Shown here in pieces: positions 25,740 to 38,163 of a stretch of DNA of 64,000 nucleotides. The notes below the pieces were generated by a model that did no database searches, was not told the origin of the DNA, and saw nothing but the letters and a program-made list of their open reading frames with translations. Positions within the stretch are counted from its first letter, which is position 1. Every line of letters starts with the position of its first letter. The stretch comes from Squalus acanthias (lineage: Eukaryota): contig CM059432.1 of the NCBI GenBank assembly GCA_030390025.1, forward strand, positions 47,370,001 to 47,434,000, given 5' to 3'. The position numbers were made by a program, and so were the translations under genes.

Positions 25740-28212
25740 CCACCTACCAATTGCCATCTCTCCTCTGCCCCCTCCACCCTCACCTCTAACAAGTGTGAGT
25801 AGTTCATGGATTTCTAGATCACCAAAATAGAGACCATCTATTCAGCTGCTTACCCCTTCCCTCTAAGCCAAACCTCCCCAGTCATGCCTCCACTCTAGCC
25901 CTGAATCATTCATTCGATCTTCAAGTTCATCTCATCCACAAGACCCAGCTCCTGTTCCCTCAATTCCACGGCTACTAAACTTTTGATTCCCTCCCTAGTC
26001 CACATATTAGCCAATAATGGTTCCCGCTCCTCAGGAACTGTTCCCCCTCGCTTTCAAGACCATAGCCATTATCACATTTTTTTTTTAAATCCACTCTCCG
26101 CCCTCTGTCTTCACTAAGTACCATCCCAACTCCAATCTCCTTCGCCACTCCATGGTCCTTGAAGGTGTTGTTGCCTACAAAATCTGTGCCCATCTTTCCC
26201 ACAACCTCCTGTCTGAATTATGCAATCAGGCTTCTGCCCCTCCCACAGCACAGAAATAGCACTAACCAAAATCAGGAATTACATTCTTTGTGACTGTGAC
26301 CATGGTGCATTATCCCTTCTCAACCTCTTGATACAGTCGATCACATTATCCTCCTCCATTGTCCAGCTCTAATGGACTGGAGCTTCTTGGTGGTGGATGA
26401 TGATGATCATCAACAACTTATATTTATATAGTGCTTTAAATGCAGTAAAACATCCCAGGGTGCTTCACAGGAGCATTATGAAACAAAATTTGACAGCGAG
26501 CCACACAAGGCGATATTAGGGCAGATGACCAAAAGCTTAGTCAAAGACGTTAAGAAGCATCTTAAAGGAGGAACGACAGGTAGAGAGGCAGAGAGGTTTA
26601 GGGAGGGAATTCCAGAGCTTAGGGACTTGGTAACTGAAGGGATGGCCACCAATGGTAGAGTGATTCAATTCGAGGATCGTCAAGAGGCCAGAATTGGAGG
26701 AGTGCAGAAATCTTGGAGGATTGTAGGCCTGGAGGAGGTTATAGAGATAGGGAGGCCTTGGAGGGATTTGAAAACAAGGATGAGAATTTTAAAAATAGAG
26801 GCGTTGCTTAACCGGGAGCGAATGTAGGTCAGCGAGCACAGGGGTGATGGGTGAACAGGACTTGGTGCGAGTTAGGACAAGGGCAGCAAAGTTTTGGATG
26901 ATCTCAAGTTTACAGAGAGTGGAAGATGAGAGGCCGGCCTGGAGTGCATTGGAATAGTCAAGTCTTGAGGCAACAAAGTCATGGATGAGGGTTTTCAGCA
27001 AATGAGCTGAGGCAGGGGCGGAGTCGGGCAATGTTACAGAGGTGGAAATAGGCTGACTTAATGATGGTTCTGCTCTTACATAACCAATCATAGCCAACAA
27101 TGGCTTCTCTTCCCACCCCTGCACCAACACCTTTGGAGTCCCCCAAGGAACCATCCTTGGGCCTCTCCTTTTACTCATCTACATGGTGCCCCTTTGAGAT
27201 ATCATCCAAACCCATGGTTTGGTTTCAGCTTCCATATGTATGCCAATGACACCCAGGCTCTACTTCCCCATGATTTATTTTGACCCACCACCGCCTGTTT
27301 GTCCAACAACCTCCTTTCCTCTGCCTTCGCCACCCTCACCTCGAACAAGTGAGTGTGTGTCTTGGAGGATACAGAACTTCCTCCAGCTAAACACTAGTGA
27401 GACTGTAGCCATCACCATCATCCTCTTCCCTGGAAAATGCCTGAAACTGAATTAAACTGTTCGCAACCACAGCATTCTGTTAATCACTGAACTGAGATTT
27501 CAACCCCATATCGTCTGCATCACAAAAATTGCCTACTTCCACCTCCGTAGCATTGCCCACCTCTCCTTACTTCAGCAATCTGCCACTGAAATCCTCATTC
27601 ATGCCTTTGTCATCTCCAGACTCAATTACTCCAATACCCTCCTGACTGGTCTAGTGGCCTCCCATACTCTATCCTTCATAAACCTCAGCTCTTCCAAAAC
27701 GTTGCCGTCCATATCCTATTCCACAACCAAGTCCTGCTCAACCCTTCATTATTTACTTAAACAATGTTCCCGCTCCCAACGCCTTAAATTTTAAATTCTC
27801 ATCTTTGTGTTTTTCATCCATTGCCTCATTGTTTCCCATCTGTAATCTCCACCAGCCTATAATCCCTTTCCCTCAACTCTCTCTTCCTATGATGCCATTC
27901 TCTTGTGCATCTCCCCCCACTAATCCCTTTCCCTCAACTCTCTCTTCCTATGATGCCATCCTTCCATCCTTTTGTGCATCTCCCCACCCCCTCCCCGCCT
28001 TCAACCACCTAGGTCCCACTCTCTGGACTACCTCCCTAAACTCCTCCACCTCTATTTCCTCCTTAAAACCTGCCTCTGTGACCCAGCCTTTGGTCACCCT
28101 TCCTAATCTCTCCTTTTTTGGTTCAGTGTCTGTTTTTTCTACATGCCTTTGTGAAACCCTTTGGGATATTTGTTCTATATTAAAAAGTACTATATAAATG
28201 CAATTTGTTGTT
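25740..28212. mobile_element. Old plus-strand L2 remnant with a nested minus-strand L2 (about 26410-27060)
   Basis: GVPQGTILGPLLL and SRLDYSNALQAG remnants; two opposed L2 tails; internal tandem duplication of about 60 bp at 27860-27985. Confidence 0.8.
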
Positions 28213-28839
28213 GGAGCTTAGAGTGTCAAAGGGCAAACTAACTCCAAAGCAAAGAGGCATGACAACAACTCCTCCAGATTCTCATTCCACCTTGCTGCAG
28301 TTTTAGATGGGCCTTTGACTCCAGACTCAAAACTACCATGACACTATACTACACTGCCCGTGCAAGATGAAACAGCAGTGTCGATTCAAGGTGGAAGTGC
28401 GATACACTAACACTACTGTTAATCCTCGAAGAACAGTTTTGTTGAAATGGGAATCGAGGAAAAACGGAATTTCTGCGTAACATAATTGGCAAACAGCAAG
28501 TCCTAAATAACAAAGTAGGAAGGGGAAAACGCATTTAACCAATGAAGCAGAAAATCGAATAGCTGAGACGCCAAGCACACAAGACATTTTTAAACGTTCT
28601 ATCACCACTTACATACTATTGACCAACACTACGTCTCAGAATTTCATGGAGACTATTGAGAACTTTGCTGAATAGTTTGAACCACAAGGTGCACAAACTA
28701 CAACTTAATCGGCAATGTTATTCCCGCTCTGCGAGCCTTCAGTTAAAAATCGATAGAATTCCACTAGAGGTCCAACAATAAACAAGAAGTTATCACTGAA
28801 AACACAGATTTGAAGGGACTATGACAACAGACACACAAC

Positions 28840-29270
28840 ACAGCCCTTGGAGCCAGAGGTCTGGTCCTTCCTGCGACGACGCCCCATAAAATAACGCACA
28901 GATCAATCGGTGTAAAAACTACCACACCTCTTATCTCCTCGCTCAAAACTGACTTTACCGCAATACAACAACAACAAGCACCTTATGACATTAGTACGAC
29001 TGCGGAAAAGTAGTTACACAAAGAAAAATGTTACCAGTGGGAGCCGCAGCCACGTTCATTGGCTCACCGAGCTCGCTCGCGCACAAAGCCTGCTGACACA
29101 ACGTTCGGTCCCGGTGCGCGCGCCGGTGTGATGGGGCGAGCCTGACAGCCGCCCACACGCTCCGGGCGGGGCCAGCCTGACAGCCGCCCACGCGCTGCCG
29201 GAAACGGCCGACGTCGTTCCTGTTTACCAATCCACCAAGTAGAATCGTGCAAAGCAAGGATCCTTCGCCA
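28840..29270 (-). promoter_or_regulatory. CpG-island promoter and probable non-coding first exon of copine A
   Basis: CpG-rich non-repeat island with GGGCGG boxes, ETS-like CCGGAA, CCAAT, and a minus-strand donor TCG|GTGAGC at 29068/29067. TSS position is inferred. Confidence 0.7.
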
Positions 29271-30319
29271 GTGAAAGGATAATGCACATGGATTTGCAAT
29301 TTATATAGCTGCAATCCATTCTGCAAACTAAAAGCATTTGCCCCCGTACTTTTTCATGAAGATGCCAGGCAGATTTGCAATCCCTTTTTTTGTCTATAGC
29401 CAGGAAAATACAAGAAAAATCGTATAACTCGGAAAGAAAATAGTGCAAAATAGGAAAGCCTATTAATGAGGACATTTCATTTCGTAATATTTTACTCACT
29501 GTATTTTTATGTCTGGTATTCTAGATGCCTTTCATACATATTCTCTAAAATAAAATGGGCCCATGAAAATAGTTTTTTCTGAAAGGTTCCAAAGTTGATG
29601 CTTTGTTTTCTGCCCTCACATTGATTTGCACTGTAAAGGATCATACTGGAGTTAAGAATTCTTGCGGCCTTCCGCACCCACTAACCCACCCCGTTACAAC
29701 ATGCATGTGAACCGCAATGGCAACTGTCAGTATTTATATTGTAACAAACCTGCCTCACTCCCTTCTGATAATGTTTTTAAATTGTAGAATATTTTGAACC
29801 AGTGGTTGTATGCAGTTTTTTCTGCATTGTGGTGAGTTTTGCTCCATAGGCTCGTGCGTTATTCCACCCCGATAGAGGGGCGCACGCGTTGGATATAAAA
29901 CATAGACACAGTTGAAGACAGAAAATAGTGTATAGGTAAATTTAAGAATTTCCTTGTAACTTTTGTATTTTGTATATCCCTTGTGTTGTAAATCTTTTTT
30001 TCCAGTTCTCAGTTTCTCAGTTAGTGAGAGTTCAAGATGCCAGTTTTATGAAAATGAAATTTCAGCCAACCAAGTGGGATAAAAACATACGAGTTACGCA
30101 GAGTGTGAAGTGTGACACTGGAAGTATGTTGGTCAAAATATGTGCTAGATGTGCCATGTTGTGCATATTCTAGTGGTATTGTTCACATATTTTATGATGC
30201 ACTGTTTAATAATGGGAGGAGCATAATACCATGTGTTATTGTGCCGCTCGGTGGATCGTTTCTGGTTACCAAAGCACAAGAGAGACATTCAAGCTCTGCA
30301 GGCAGTTCAAACAAGAGCA

Positions 30320-31660
30320 CAAGCTGATTATTAGCATCAGAGGACTGAAGTATGCGGAAGACTGGAGAATGTTTTTTTCATCCTTGAAGGGAGGTAGCTA
30401 AGAGGTAATTTTACAGAGGTATAGAAGGAAATAAACTATTGAAAAAGGTAGCCACAGATATTACTTCAAACTAAATTATGAGAGCAGGACAAGGGTTTAT
30501 TTACGACTGACACCAGGAAGTTCTCCACATAGTGATCAACATATGCAATGGACTTCCAGGTAGAGTAGGTAGAGTAGTTCAGGTGAAAACTGAAATAATT
30601 TAAATGAGCCAAATAGCCTTCCTGATCCATGTTTATCTTGTAATCTGTATACCTTTAAGGCCATAATGTCAATCATTTTAATCCAATTTAGTACCATCTC
30701 CGTAATTCCATACCCCATAATCTTCTCCTGTGTGGTACCTTGTCAAAGGCCTTTTGAAAGTCAATGTACACCATATCCACTGCATTTTCCCATCCACCAT
30801 TTGCCACTTCCTTAATGTACTCCGTCAGGTTACGTATTCTTTTATTGTTTAATACAGAAGAAACATGGGGAAACATCAGGGCCAGTCAGTACAGATTTCT
30901 AAAAGGCTGTTTGTACTTGACCAACCTTATAGAATGCTTTGAAAAAAGTAACGATAAAGGAAATGCAATGGATGTGATTTATTATGAATTTTATAAAAGC
31001 CTGTGGCAAGGTATTACATAATGTAAAGATTATGCTTTGTGAAATTGAGGGGAATGTAGCCACATGGATAGTTGGAGGACAGAAACCAAAAGGTACAGGT
31101 AAAGATATGGGGGGAAAAATTTGGTATCGACCATTTTGGGGGTGCTAACATCACCTGGGTGCTAATTAGCACCTGCGACCGCGAAATTGAGTTTTAGTTC
31201 CCCAAGAGGGAAGTAGAGCGCTAAATCAAGATTCTCCGGGCGAAGGAGATCGGAGCGCAATGCTGTAGCGCCGCCGCAAAACTCCCGCCGAATATGGCGG
31301 GAGTCAATGTCAGCACTACACCCGGTCGCAAAGCCATTTGCGCCCCGTTAGCGCCCCCGGGGGTGCTAATAGGAGGTACAAAGGCACCCAATTTCACCCC
31401 CATGGTTCTCAAAATGGAAAAGTATGGCTCAGAGTGTTCCATGGGGGTCTATGTTGGAGCTGCTCTTATTTACTATATAAATAAAAGTCATAGACTTAGG
31501 AATTGAGAGAACTATATTGACATTTGCTGATGGCAGCATAGAGAAAATGGCAAATTATATTACAAAAGAATGTAGGAGGACATAGCTAGCAGAATTTGCA
31601 TAGGTGCCAGATGCAGTTCAATGTTGAAAAATGTGGAAAAAAGTACATTTTGGAAGTGTC
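30320..31660. mobile_element. Rearranged old CR1 fragments in both orientations
   Basis: VYIDFQKAFDKVPHRR on minus (30688-30876) and CLYLTNLIECFE on plus (30764-31021). Confidence 0.75.
31110..31401. mobile_element. Short Harbinger-type MITE inside CR1
   Basis: TIR gggggaaaaatt / aatttcaccccc, TSD ATG; removing it restores CR1-like sequence. Confidence 0.8.
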
Positions 31661-32336
31661 TCCAATAGTAAGCATTTTAAAGACACTTAAAGATTGGTTT
31701 GTTTTCAGCACTTAAAAGGTATTTTTGAAATACTTTACAGTCCCAGATGAGTCTTCATGAGCTGAAGTATGTATCTTATACACTATAACCTTACAGAGCA
31801 TGTTTTTTGTATCAAATATCTGAAAGGCAGAAAGTCCAGTTTTATCATGTACAACTTGAGAATATGTAAATAATGACTGTTATTTACATGGTGTTCTTTT
31901 AGGAAGGAATTTTAAAAATAAATCGTGCCAGTCAGTCAATTGAGAATAGACTTTGACGCCCTTTACAATGTTTAAACCCTTTCCTAAGTGTTTACAAAAC
32001 CATTATTAATTGATTATAACCTTTAAGGTAAGTACAGTAACTATTTTAAATATTTGTCTTTTTATTCACTTTTTAATGAAAAGAAAAACAGTGGATTGGT
32101 TTATAGACTGAATCAGAGGAGAAAAAATTGAAGACTTATCTTGAATACATAGTTTTGTTTGGTAGTTGTGAAATGTTAGAACTTAATACGGGAGCTGGGG
32201 GGAATTGAACTAGCATATGCTAATTGCCTTTTTATAGAGGGCACAAACAGCCAATCACATGTTGGCAACTATCACAGTCTCCAAGTTGGTCACATTATTC
32301 AATACTAATAGCCAAATAGGACAAGAGGAAACTCTT

Positions 32337-32900
32337 AGGGGGTTATTTTGGTGAAAGGGTGAAAACAGGTGCTAAATGGGTGCTATGTTAAGAAGATACA
32401 CCTGTTTGAAAGTCTGATTTTAGCATGCAATTTTGGTCCTAATTACTGATTACCATAATTTGAACTTGTTGGAGGTGCTAAAACAGACATCTGCAGGTTT
32501 AGCGCTGATTAGTTGCAATTTTAATGGAGCAATATACGTGGGCTCCACACACTCACTTCCACTGAAGATGTGGAGTGTGCTGGCTGACACACAGCGGCAG
32601 GTTTTAGGATGGCTTAGGGACCGAATGAGAGGTCCTCGGATGTGGCACTGGAGGTCCTGATGGAGGAGGTCCAGAGGAGGAAGGATATCCTATACCCCCA
32701 AGGAAGGGGTCCATCTCGTGCCCTCCTGTCCCTCTCTCCTGCAACAGTTGGTGCTATTCTGCCTGGCCTCATGTCCTCCTCCCATTCCTCCTGCAGTCCA
32801 AGGGGGACCCCCGAGCAAGATGCCGATGACCAAGCACTCACTTTTTCCTGGTGACTCCGAAAAGGTGTCCAAATAAAGTAGAGTAGCACAGCACTCACTC
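32337..32900 (+). mobile_element. PIF/Harbinger remnant with Myb/SANT-like ORF fragment
   Basis: Starts gggggttatttt; VALEVLMEEVQRRKDILYPQG resembles the Harbinger ORF2 N-terminus. Confidence 0.6.
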
Positions 32901-32910
32901 TTTTTTAGGT

Positions 32911-33347
32911 AGAATCATAGTAAGTTACAGCACGGAAGGAGGCAATTTCGGCTCATTGTGTCCACACTGGCCAACAAAGAGCTATTCAGCCTAATCCCAC
33001 TTCCCAGCTCTTGGTCTGTAGCCCTGCAGGTTAGAGCATCCCAAGTGCACATCCAAGTACTTTTTAAATGTGGTTAGGGTTCCTGCCTCTACCACCCTTT
33101 CAGGCAGTGAGTTCCAGACCCCCACAACCCTCTGGGTGAAGAAATTTCCCCTCAAATCCCCTCTAAACCTTCCACCAATTACTTTAAATCTGTGCCCCCT
33201 GGTTTTTGACCCCTTTGCTAAGGGAAATAGGTCCTTTCTATCCACTTTATCTAGGCCCCTCATAATTTTATACACCTCAGTAAGGTCTCCCCTCAGCCTC
33301 CTCTGTTCCAAGGAAAACATACCCAGCCTATCCCGTCTTTCCTCATA
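32911..33347 (-). mobile_element. Young CR1 3' end
   Basis: ORF 32991-33320 is nearly identical to the C-terminus of 46339-47238. Confidence 0.95.
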
Positions 33348-34117
33348 GCCAGAAATTCGGCTGTTGTCGGGTGAGTACGCGCTGTGTACTCACCCGTAAG
33401 GCCACCTGAAGTGCCGGTTTCCTGCATGCACTGCGCATGCGCGGGAAACCGGAACTTCCGTTCCCCTGAAGGGAGGGGTTCAGAAGTCGAACGCGTGCGC
33501 GGGAGAGGCTGCACACACGCAGCGAACTTCAGGTTTTTTTTCAGGTTTCTCCGGGAAGGTAAGTATGAAGAAGCTGCACTTTTAAAAAGGAGGCGCAAGG
33601 CCTGTTTTTAACAAGGTAAGTGGTTAATTAATTACAATTTAAACATTTTTTCAACAGGTTTATCTTTTTTAGATACGTTAAAGAAAGGTAAGTTTATTTT
33701 TAGCACCGTTAAATATAAATTAAAAGTATAATTAATTTTTTCAAAAATTTAAATTTTTGTTTAAAGTAGTTAATTTATGTAACTTAGTTATTTTAAAAAT
33801 GATGTTTTTAAAAAAAAATTATTTGAAGTTTAAGTGTGGTTTTGGGGCCGATCTCTATTCATAGATTTGACAGGTCTTCCTGTCAAATCTATGAATGAAA
33901 ATGCCGCGCTAGGATTGGCTCTCCATGGCCCACGTGATCCCAGGGGACGCTTTGAACTAACTGCGCCCCTGGGATACACAAGCACTGCGTGCCGGCAGCT
34001 GGAGGAGGCCCAGGAGCCGAAGTCCTCGTGGGCCCGAAGCACAACTGCAGGCGCGGTAGGCAAGTATGCGCGCGATGCTTGCACCCGCAGGAAGTCGGAA
34101 AGCCAAATTTCTGGCCC
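33348..34117 (+). mobile_element. Harbinger-type MITE
   Basis: gccagaaatt / aatttctggccc; left tip fused to the CR1 5' junction. Confidence 0.85.
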
Positions 34118-34149
34118 AATAACTACTAGACACTTCATCTCTAAAACAA

Positions 34150-34187
34150 ACAGAATATGAAAAGTGATTTTTCATGGTTTCTTTATT
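34150..34187 (-). terminator. Candidate polyadenylation signal of copine B
   Basis: AATAAA at 34187-34182 followed about 25-35 nt later by a U/GU-rich tract (tctgtttgtttt); implies a 3' UTR of about 1.4 kb. Confidence 0.5.
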
Positions 34188-35579
34188 ACAGAAAGTGCTA
34201 CAAGCAGTGTGCATAGTTTGTAAATTTTCAATGGCAAATATTTTTTCTGAAACAACCCTAACAACTTAGCTTTCCCTTATTAATTTTTAATCTTTGGTAA
34301 TTTTGGCTAAATATTTAAACCTCTTAATACAATGTACTGCATGGTGCTATATGAAAAGCACACTCTATAAATCATTTCCAATTCAATGTTACAACTGATG
34401 CTTATACTGAATACATGTATTTGGCCAAAATTGGGGGGGGGGAAATTGTAAAAAGGCAACATAGAACACTAAAAAATGTGCTAAGCATTATAAAGCATTA
34501 TAAATGAAAAAAGTTTAATCAGAAATAATCTACAAGCCTGAAAAAAAGAAAAAAAACCAGAAATAATCATTGCATGATCCATTTTGAATATTTTCAAAAT
34601 AACTAAGCATGGTATAAAGTAAATTTTGATAAACATTTAATAATAAAGTTTAGAGGTGAAGCATATTCCTGGGGGAAGGGAGTGGTGCAGAGACAGTGTG
34701 GATGAGTAATTCAATAGAAAGCTATTGCGTGTAATGGAAAACAAGTGGAGTGCCAACTTTTAGGAGAAAAGTGCTTTCATTTTCTATCTCCTCTTCTCCC
34801 TCCTTTGCACAGCAACCCACCACTTCTTGTCTGCGCTCCAGTGATGTAGTGTACCCTGGATCAACTCCATAGTGACCTAGAAATCATCATGTGGAACTAG
34901 CATGGAAAATATATATTTTTCTTAATTTCCTTCCTTTTTTTGAAGACAATGAGGTATTGGTACAGTTCCACAGGAACTAACACCCCACATCTATCTCATC
35001 CAATTGGCCACTCGTCATGTGCAAGATGTTAAAAATATTAGTGTTGGTGAACTAATCAACCATCAGAGCTGGGCTGCTGTCAGCTTCACACAGTATCTAC
35101 CCATGCTTCTAGCAGTCAAGAGCAGGAACTCTGACTGAATGTTCTCCTCTCTAGCCTGGGAATGCTGAGGCTAAGAGAGACCAACTAATTTGGCTGGTCT
35201 GCATGACTCAGTGCTACAACATGCAGCCAAAAAAGAAAAAAAAGTTACTCGGCTAGCATTAACATTTCCCAACTCAAAAACCTTTAGATCACTTTTGTAT
35301 AAAGCAATGGAATCACATGCAGACAGACACGCCCAGAACTTACATCATCAGAGCGGATTAATAGAGCAATTCATTATGGAAAGAGACCCCATATTGCAAG
35401 TGTTTAATGGAAAAACATTCTTTAAGTTGCACAGAGGGGAAAGAAGAACTTTGTTCACCTTTTCCTTTAAAATAGACTAACCATATGCAGCTGTTTCATT
35501 AATACATTTACAAGGGCCTAACAAGTGCATTGGCACTTAGACACAAGTGTAAGGTTGAAAGACTATTCTTGCCCTTCGA

Positions 35580-35777
35580 CTAGAAATCCAGAAAGTCTTC
35601 AGGTAATAGCTCCGTTGGAGGTTTTTGCTCAGTTGGAGGATTTTGCTCAGTTGGAAGTTTTTGCTCAGTTGGAGGTTTTTGCTCATGTGGAGGACATATT
35701 TTACGTGTGTTGAAGTAGCACACCACTTGTTGAGGCACTTCAGCCAATACACTTTGTGCAAGAGCTTCTTTGGCAGC
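35580..35777 (-). CDS. CPNE3: Copine B last coding exon: [65 protein letters not shown]
   Basis: ttctacag acceptor; LA..VLAEVP.Q C-terminal helix motif; TAG at 35582-35580. Confidence 0.94.
   Translation of the reverse strand, partial: AAKEALAQSVLAEVPQQVVCYFNTRKICPPHEQKPPTEQKLPTEQNPPTEQKPPTELLPEDFLDF
35609..35693 (-). repeat. Coding 18-bp tandem repeat, about 4.7 copies (EQKPPT)
   Basis: Plus-strand units gctccgttggaggttttt / gctcagttggaggatttt / gctcagttggaagttttt / gctcagttggaggttttt / gctcatgtggagg. Confidence 0.95.
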
Positions 35778-36115
35778 CTGTAGAAAGAAAGATAAAACCC
35801 ATGCAAATTAAAGTAAAGTAAGCTTGGGTAAACAGATCTGGACAAATTTTGAAGTCACTCCAAAAATACGGTCATAATTAATTTGAATTAAATAAATTAA
35901 TGTATATGGACACATGAATTAAGTAATTAACTCAAACTACAATTCTCTCATACCTACATCAGATGTGCAGTACTTACACAGGAGAAAACAAATGTAAATC
36001 TCTCAATTTGCAATTAAACAAAGGAACACAGCATATAATAGGTTTTAAACTGGATTTAAATCCTCCTGGATACCTGTAATAAAATGTACAACTTAAACAC
36101 ATTACTTTCTATTTT

Positions 36116-36239
36116 AACAACAGAAAATGCTGGAAAAACTCAGCAGGCCAGGCAGCATCCGTGGAGAGAGAAACAGAGTTAACGTTTCAGGTCGAAGACC
36201 TTTCGTCAGAACTGGAAAAAAGCAGGAAATGAAAAAAAA
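36116..36239 (-). mobile_element. Short Penelope-type terminal-repeat insertion (family 2)
   Basis: 12-bp TSD actttctatttt at 36104-36115 and 36240-36251. Confidence 0.8.
36177..36213 (-). ncRNA. Minimal type-I hammerhead ribozyme motif
   Basis: AGUU CUGACGA A AGGUC UUC GACCU GAAA CGU U AACU: 4-bp stem I, 5-bp stem II, palindromic stem III ACGU. Confidence 0.7.
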
Positions 36240-36371
36240 ACTTTCTATTTTGATGATCAATTTAAGTGATGTTTACGATGGGAAATTGAGCTTTATCCAC
36301 TACTTTTAATACCCAGTGTCAGGATGGTTTTGGATGTACATATTTGAAATTAGAAAATAATTGAAAGACCT

Positions 36372-36818
36372 GTTCACCCTGTGCTCACCGACCTACATTG
36401 GCGCTCAGTCCGGCAATGCCTCAAATTTAAAATTCTCATCCTAGTGTTCAAATCCCTGCATGGCCTCACTTCTCCCCATCTCTAATCTACTCCAGCCCTA
36501 CAACCCTCGCAAACTCTGCGTTTCTTCAATTCTGGCCACTTGTGCATCCCCAAATTCCTTTGCCCCACCAGTGATGACCGTGCCTTCAGCTGTCTAAGCC
36601 CCAAGCTCTGGAATTCCCTCCCTAAGCCTCTCTGCTTCTCCACCTCTCTCTCCTCCTTTAAGGTGCTCCTTAAAACCTACCTCTTTGACCAAGCTTTTGG
36701 TCACCTGTCCTAATATCTCCTTGTGGTTTGGTGTCAAATTTTGTCTGATAACACTCATGTGAAGTGTCTCGAGACATTTTACTCTGTTAAAACCACTATA
36801 TAAATGCAAGTTGCTGTT
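36372..36818 (+). mobile_element. L2-type LINE 3' end
   Basis: Homologous to 25083-25529; tail tataaatgcaagttgctgttg. Confidence 0.85.
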
Positions 36819-37114
36819 GGAAGATAATGCTATAGTGCTGGTAGTACAGGATAGCTGTGCAGCTAAAATTCCTTCGATAGACGCTGTAATGGTCTTAACT
36901 AAAGTCAAGTTACTTAATGCTGATAGACGTGGATGAATGTTAAGACTGCAGAACTACCAGAAGTGGGTGCAGAATAGTTTGTGGAGCTAATCCCACCTGC
37001 CTGCTCGCTATCTAGACCCTTTAATAGTCCTCTCTTTTAAGCAACTATCTATTGCTTTTTGAAAGTACTAATGAACTCTACTTCAACAGTTTGTGACAGA
37101 GAATTCCATATTTT

Positions 37115-37553
37115 AAAGAAAGACTTGCATTTATACACAACCTAAGGACGTCCCAAAGCGCTTTACAGCCAATGAAGTACTTCTGAAGTGTCGTCACTGT
37201 TGTAATGTAGGAAACGCGGCAGCCAATTTGCGCAGAGCAATGTGAGAATGACCAGATAATCTGTTTTTAATTAAGTTGATTGAGGGATAAATATTGGCCA
37301 GGACACCAGGGATAATTCCCCAGCTCTTCTTCGAAATAGTGCCGTGGGATCTTTTACGTCCACCCAAGAGCAGATGGGGTCTCGGTTTAGCATCTCATCC
37401 AAAAGATGGCACCTCCGACACTGCAGCACTCCCTCAGCACTGCCCTGGAGTGTCAGCCTAAATTTTTATGCTGAAGTCTCTGGAGTGGGACTTGAACCTG
37501 CAACCTTCTAACTCAGAGGTGAGGCAGAGTGCTACCAACTGAGCCACGGCTGC
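37115..37553 (-). mobile_element. tRNA-derived DeuSINE (SacSINE1-like), near full length
   Basis: Pol III A box tggctcagttgg and B box ggttcaagtcc, Deu-like core gtaaaagatcccacggcactatttcgaagaagag, L2-like tail. Confidence 0.8.
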
Positions 37554-38163
37554 TAAACATTTTTTTCTGCTATCCCCTTTAATTCTTTTGGTGATTATCT
37601 TAAATTTGTGCCTTATTTTTATGGTCTCGTGAACTAGTGGAAACAATTTATTTTTAACCCGATCACAACTTTTCATAATCTTGAAGACATCAAGCTACCC
37701 TTTAACCTTCTCAACTCTATAAAACAAAAAACCTCAACTTTGAGTCTCTCCACAATTGTTGTAACCCCTTATCCCAGTGAATCTACACTGCACCTTTGAG
37801 CACACAACAGTTTATAATTTATATTAATGGCCCAGGTTCAGAAACCCAATGCCATATTTGCAGATAATAACAAATTAGGAGGGGCATTGAAATTGGAGGA
37901 GGCAGCCCAAAAATTACAGAATTAGTTGGACAAAGTATGTAGGTGTGCAGGTGGTAGATTAAATTTAATGTGAACGAGTGTAAAGTACTGCACACAGCAA
38001 GAAAAAAATGCATACCACATGCACTCCATGTTCAAATAATTACAGTTGAAAAAGACCTAGAAGTCTTAGTAGGCCCAACATGCCCAACCAATACAGAGCA
38101 GTAAAGGAAAAGAAAAACATGGATTTAGATAGCGCCTTTCATGACCTTAGGATGTCTCAAATC

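Noticed and set aside
28600..28700. Second non-coding exon using the gtaagt at 28612-28607
   Set aside because: A donor-like hexamer alone; the acceptor and usage cannot be established without transcripts.
29640..29910. Divergent plus-strand gene from a TATA-like tataaaa near 29895
   Set aside because: No supportable exon or ORF downstream; only repeats follow.
35609..35693. CRISPR-like or non-coding repeat; plus-strand LEVFAQ-repeat ORF 35525-35713
   Set aside because: There are no spacers and the context is eukaryotic; the repeat is in frame in the minus-strand copine exon and the plus ORF is its shadow.
37480..37553. tRNA gene
   Set aside because: The A/B boxes run directly into SINE core and tail; no complete cloverleaf is evident.
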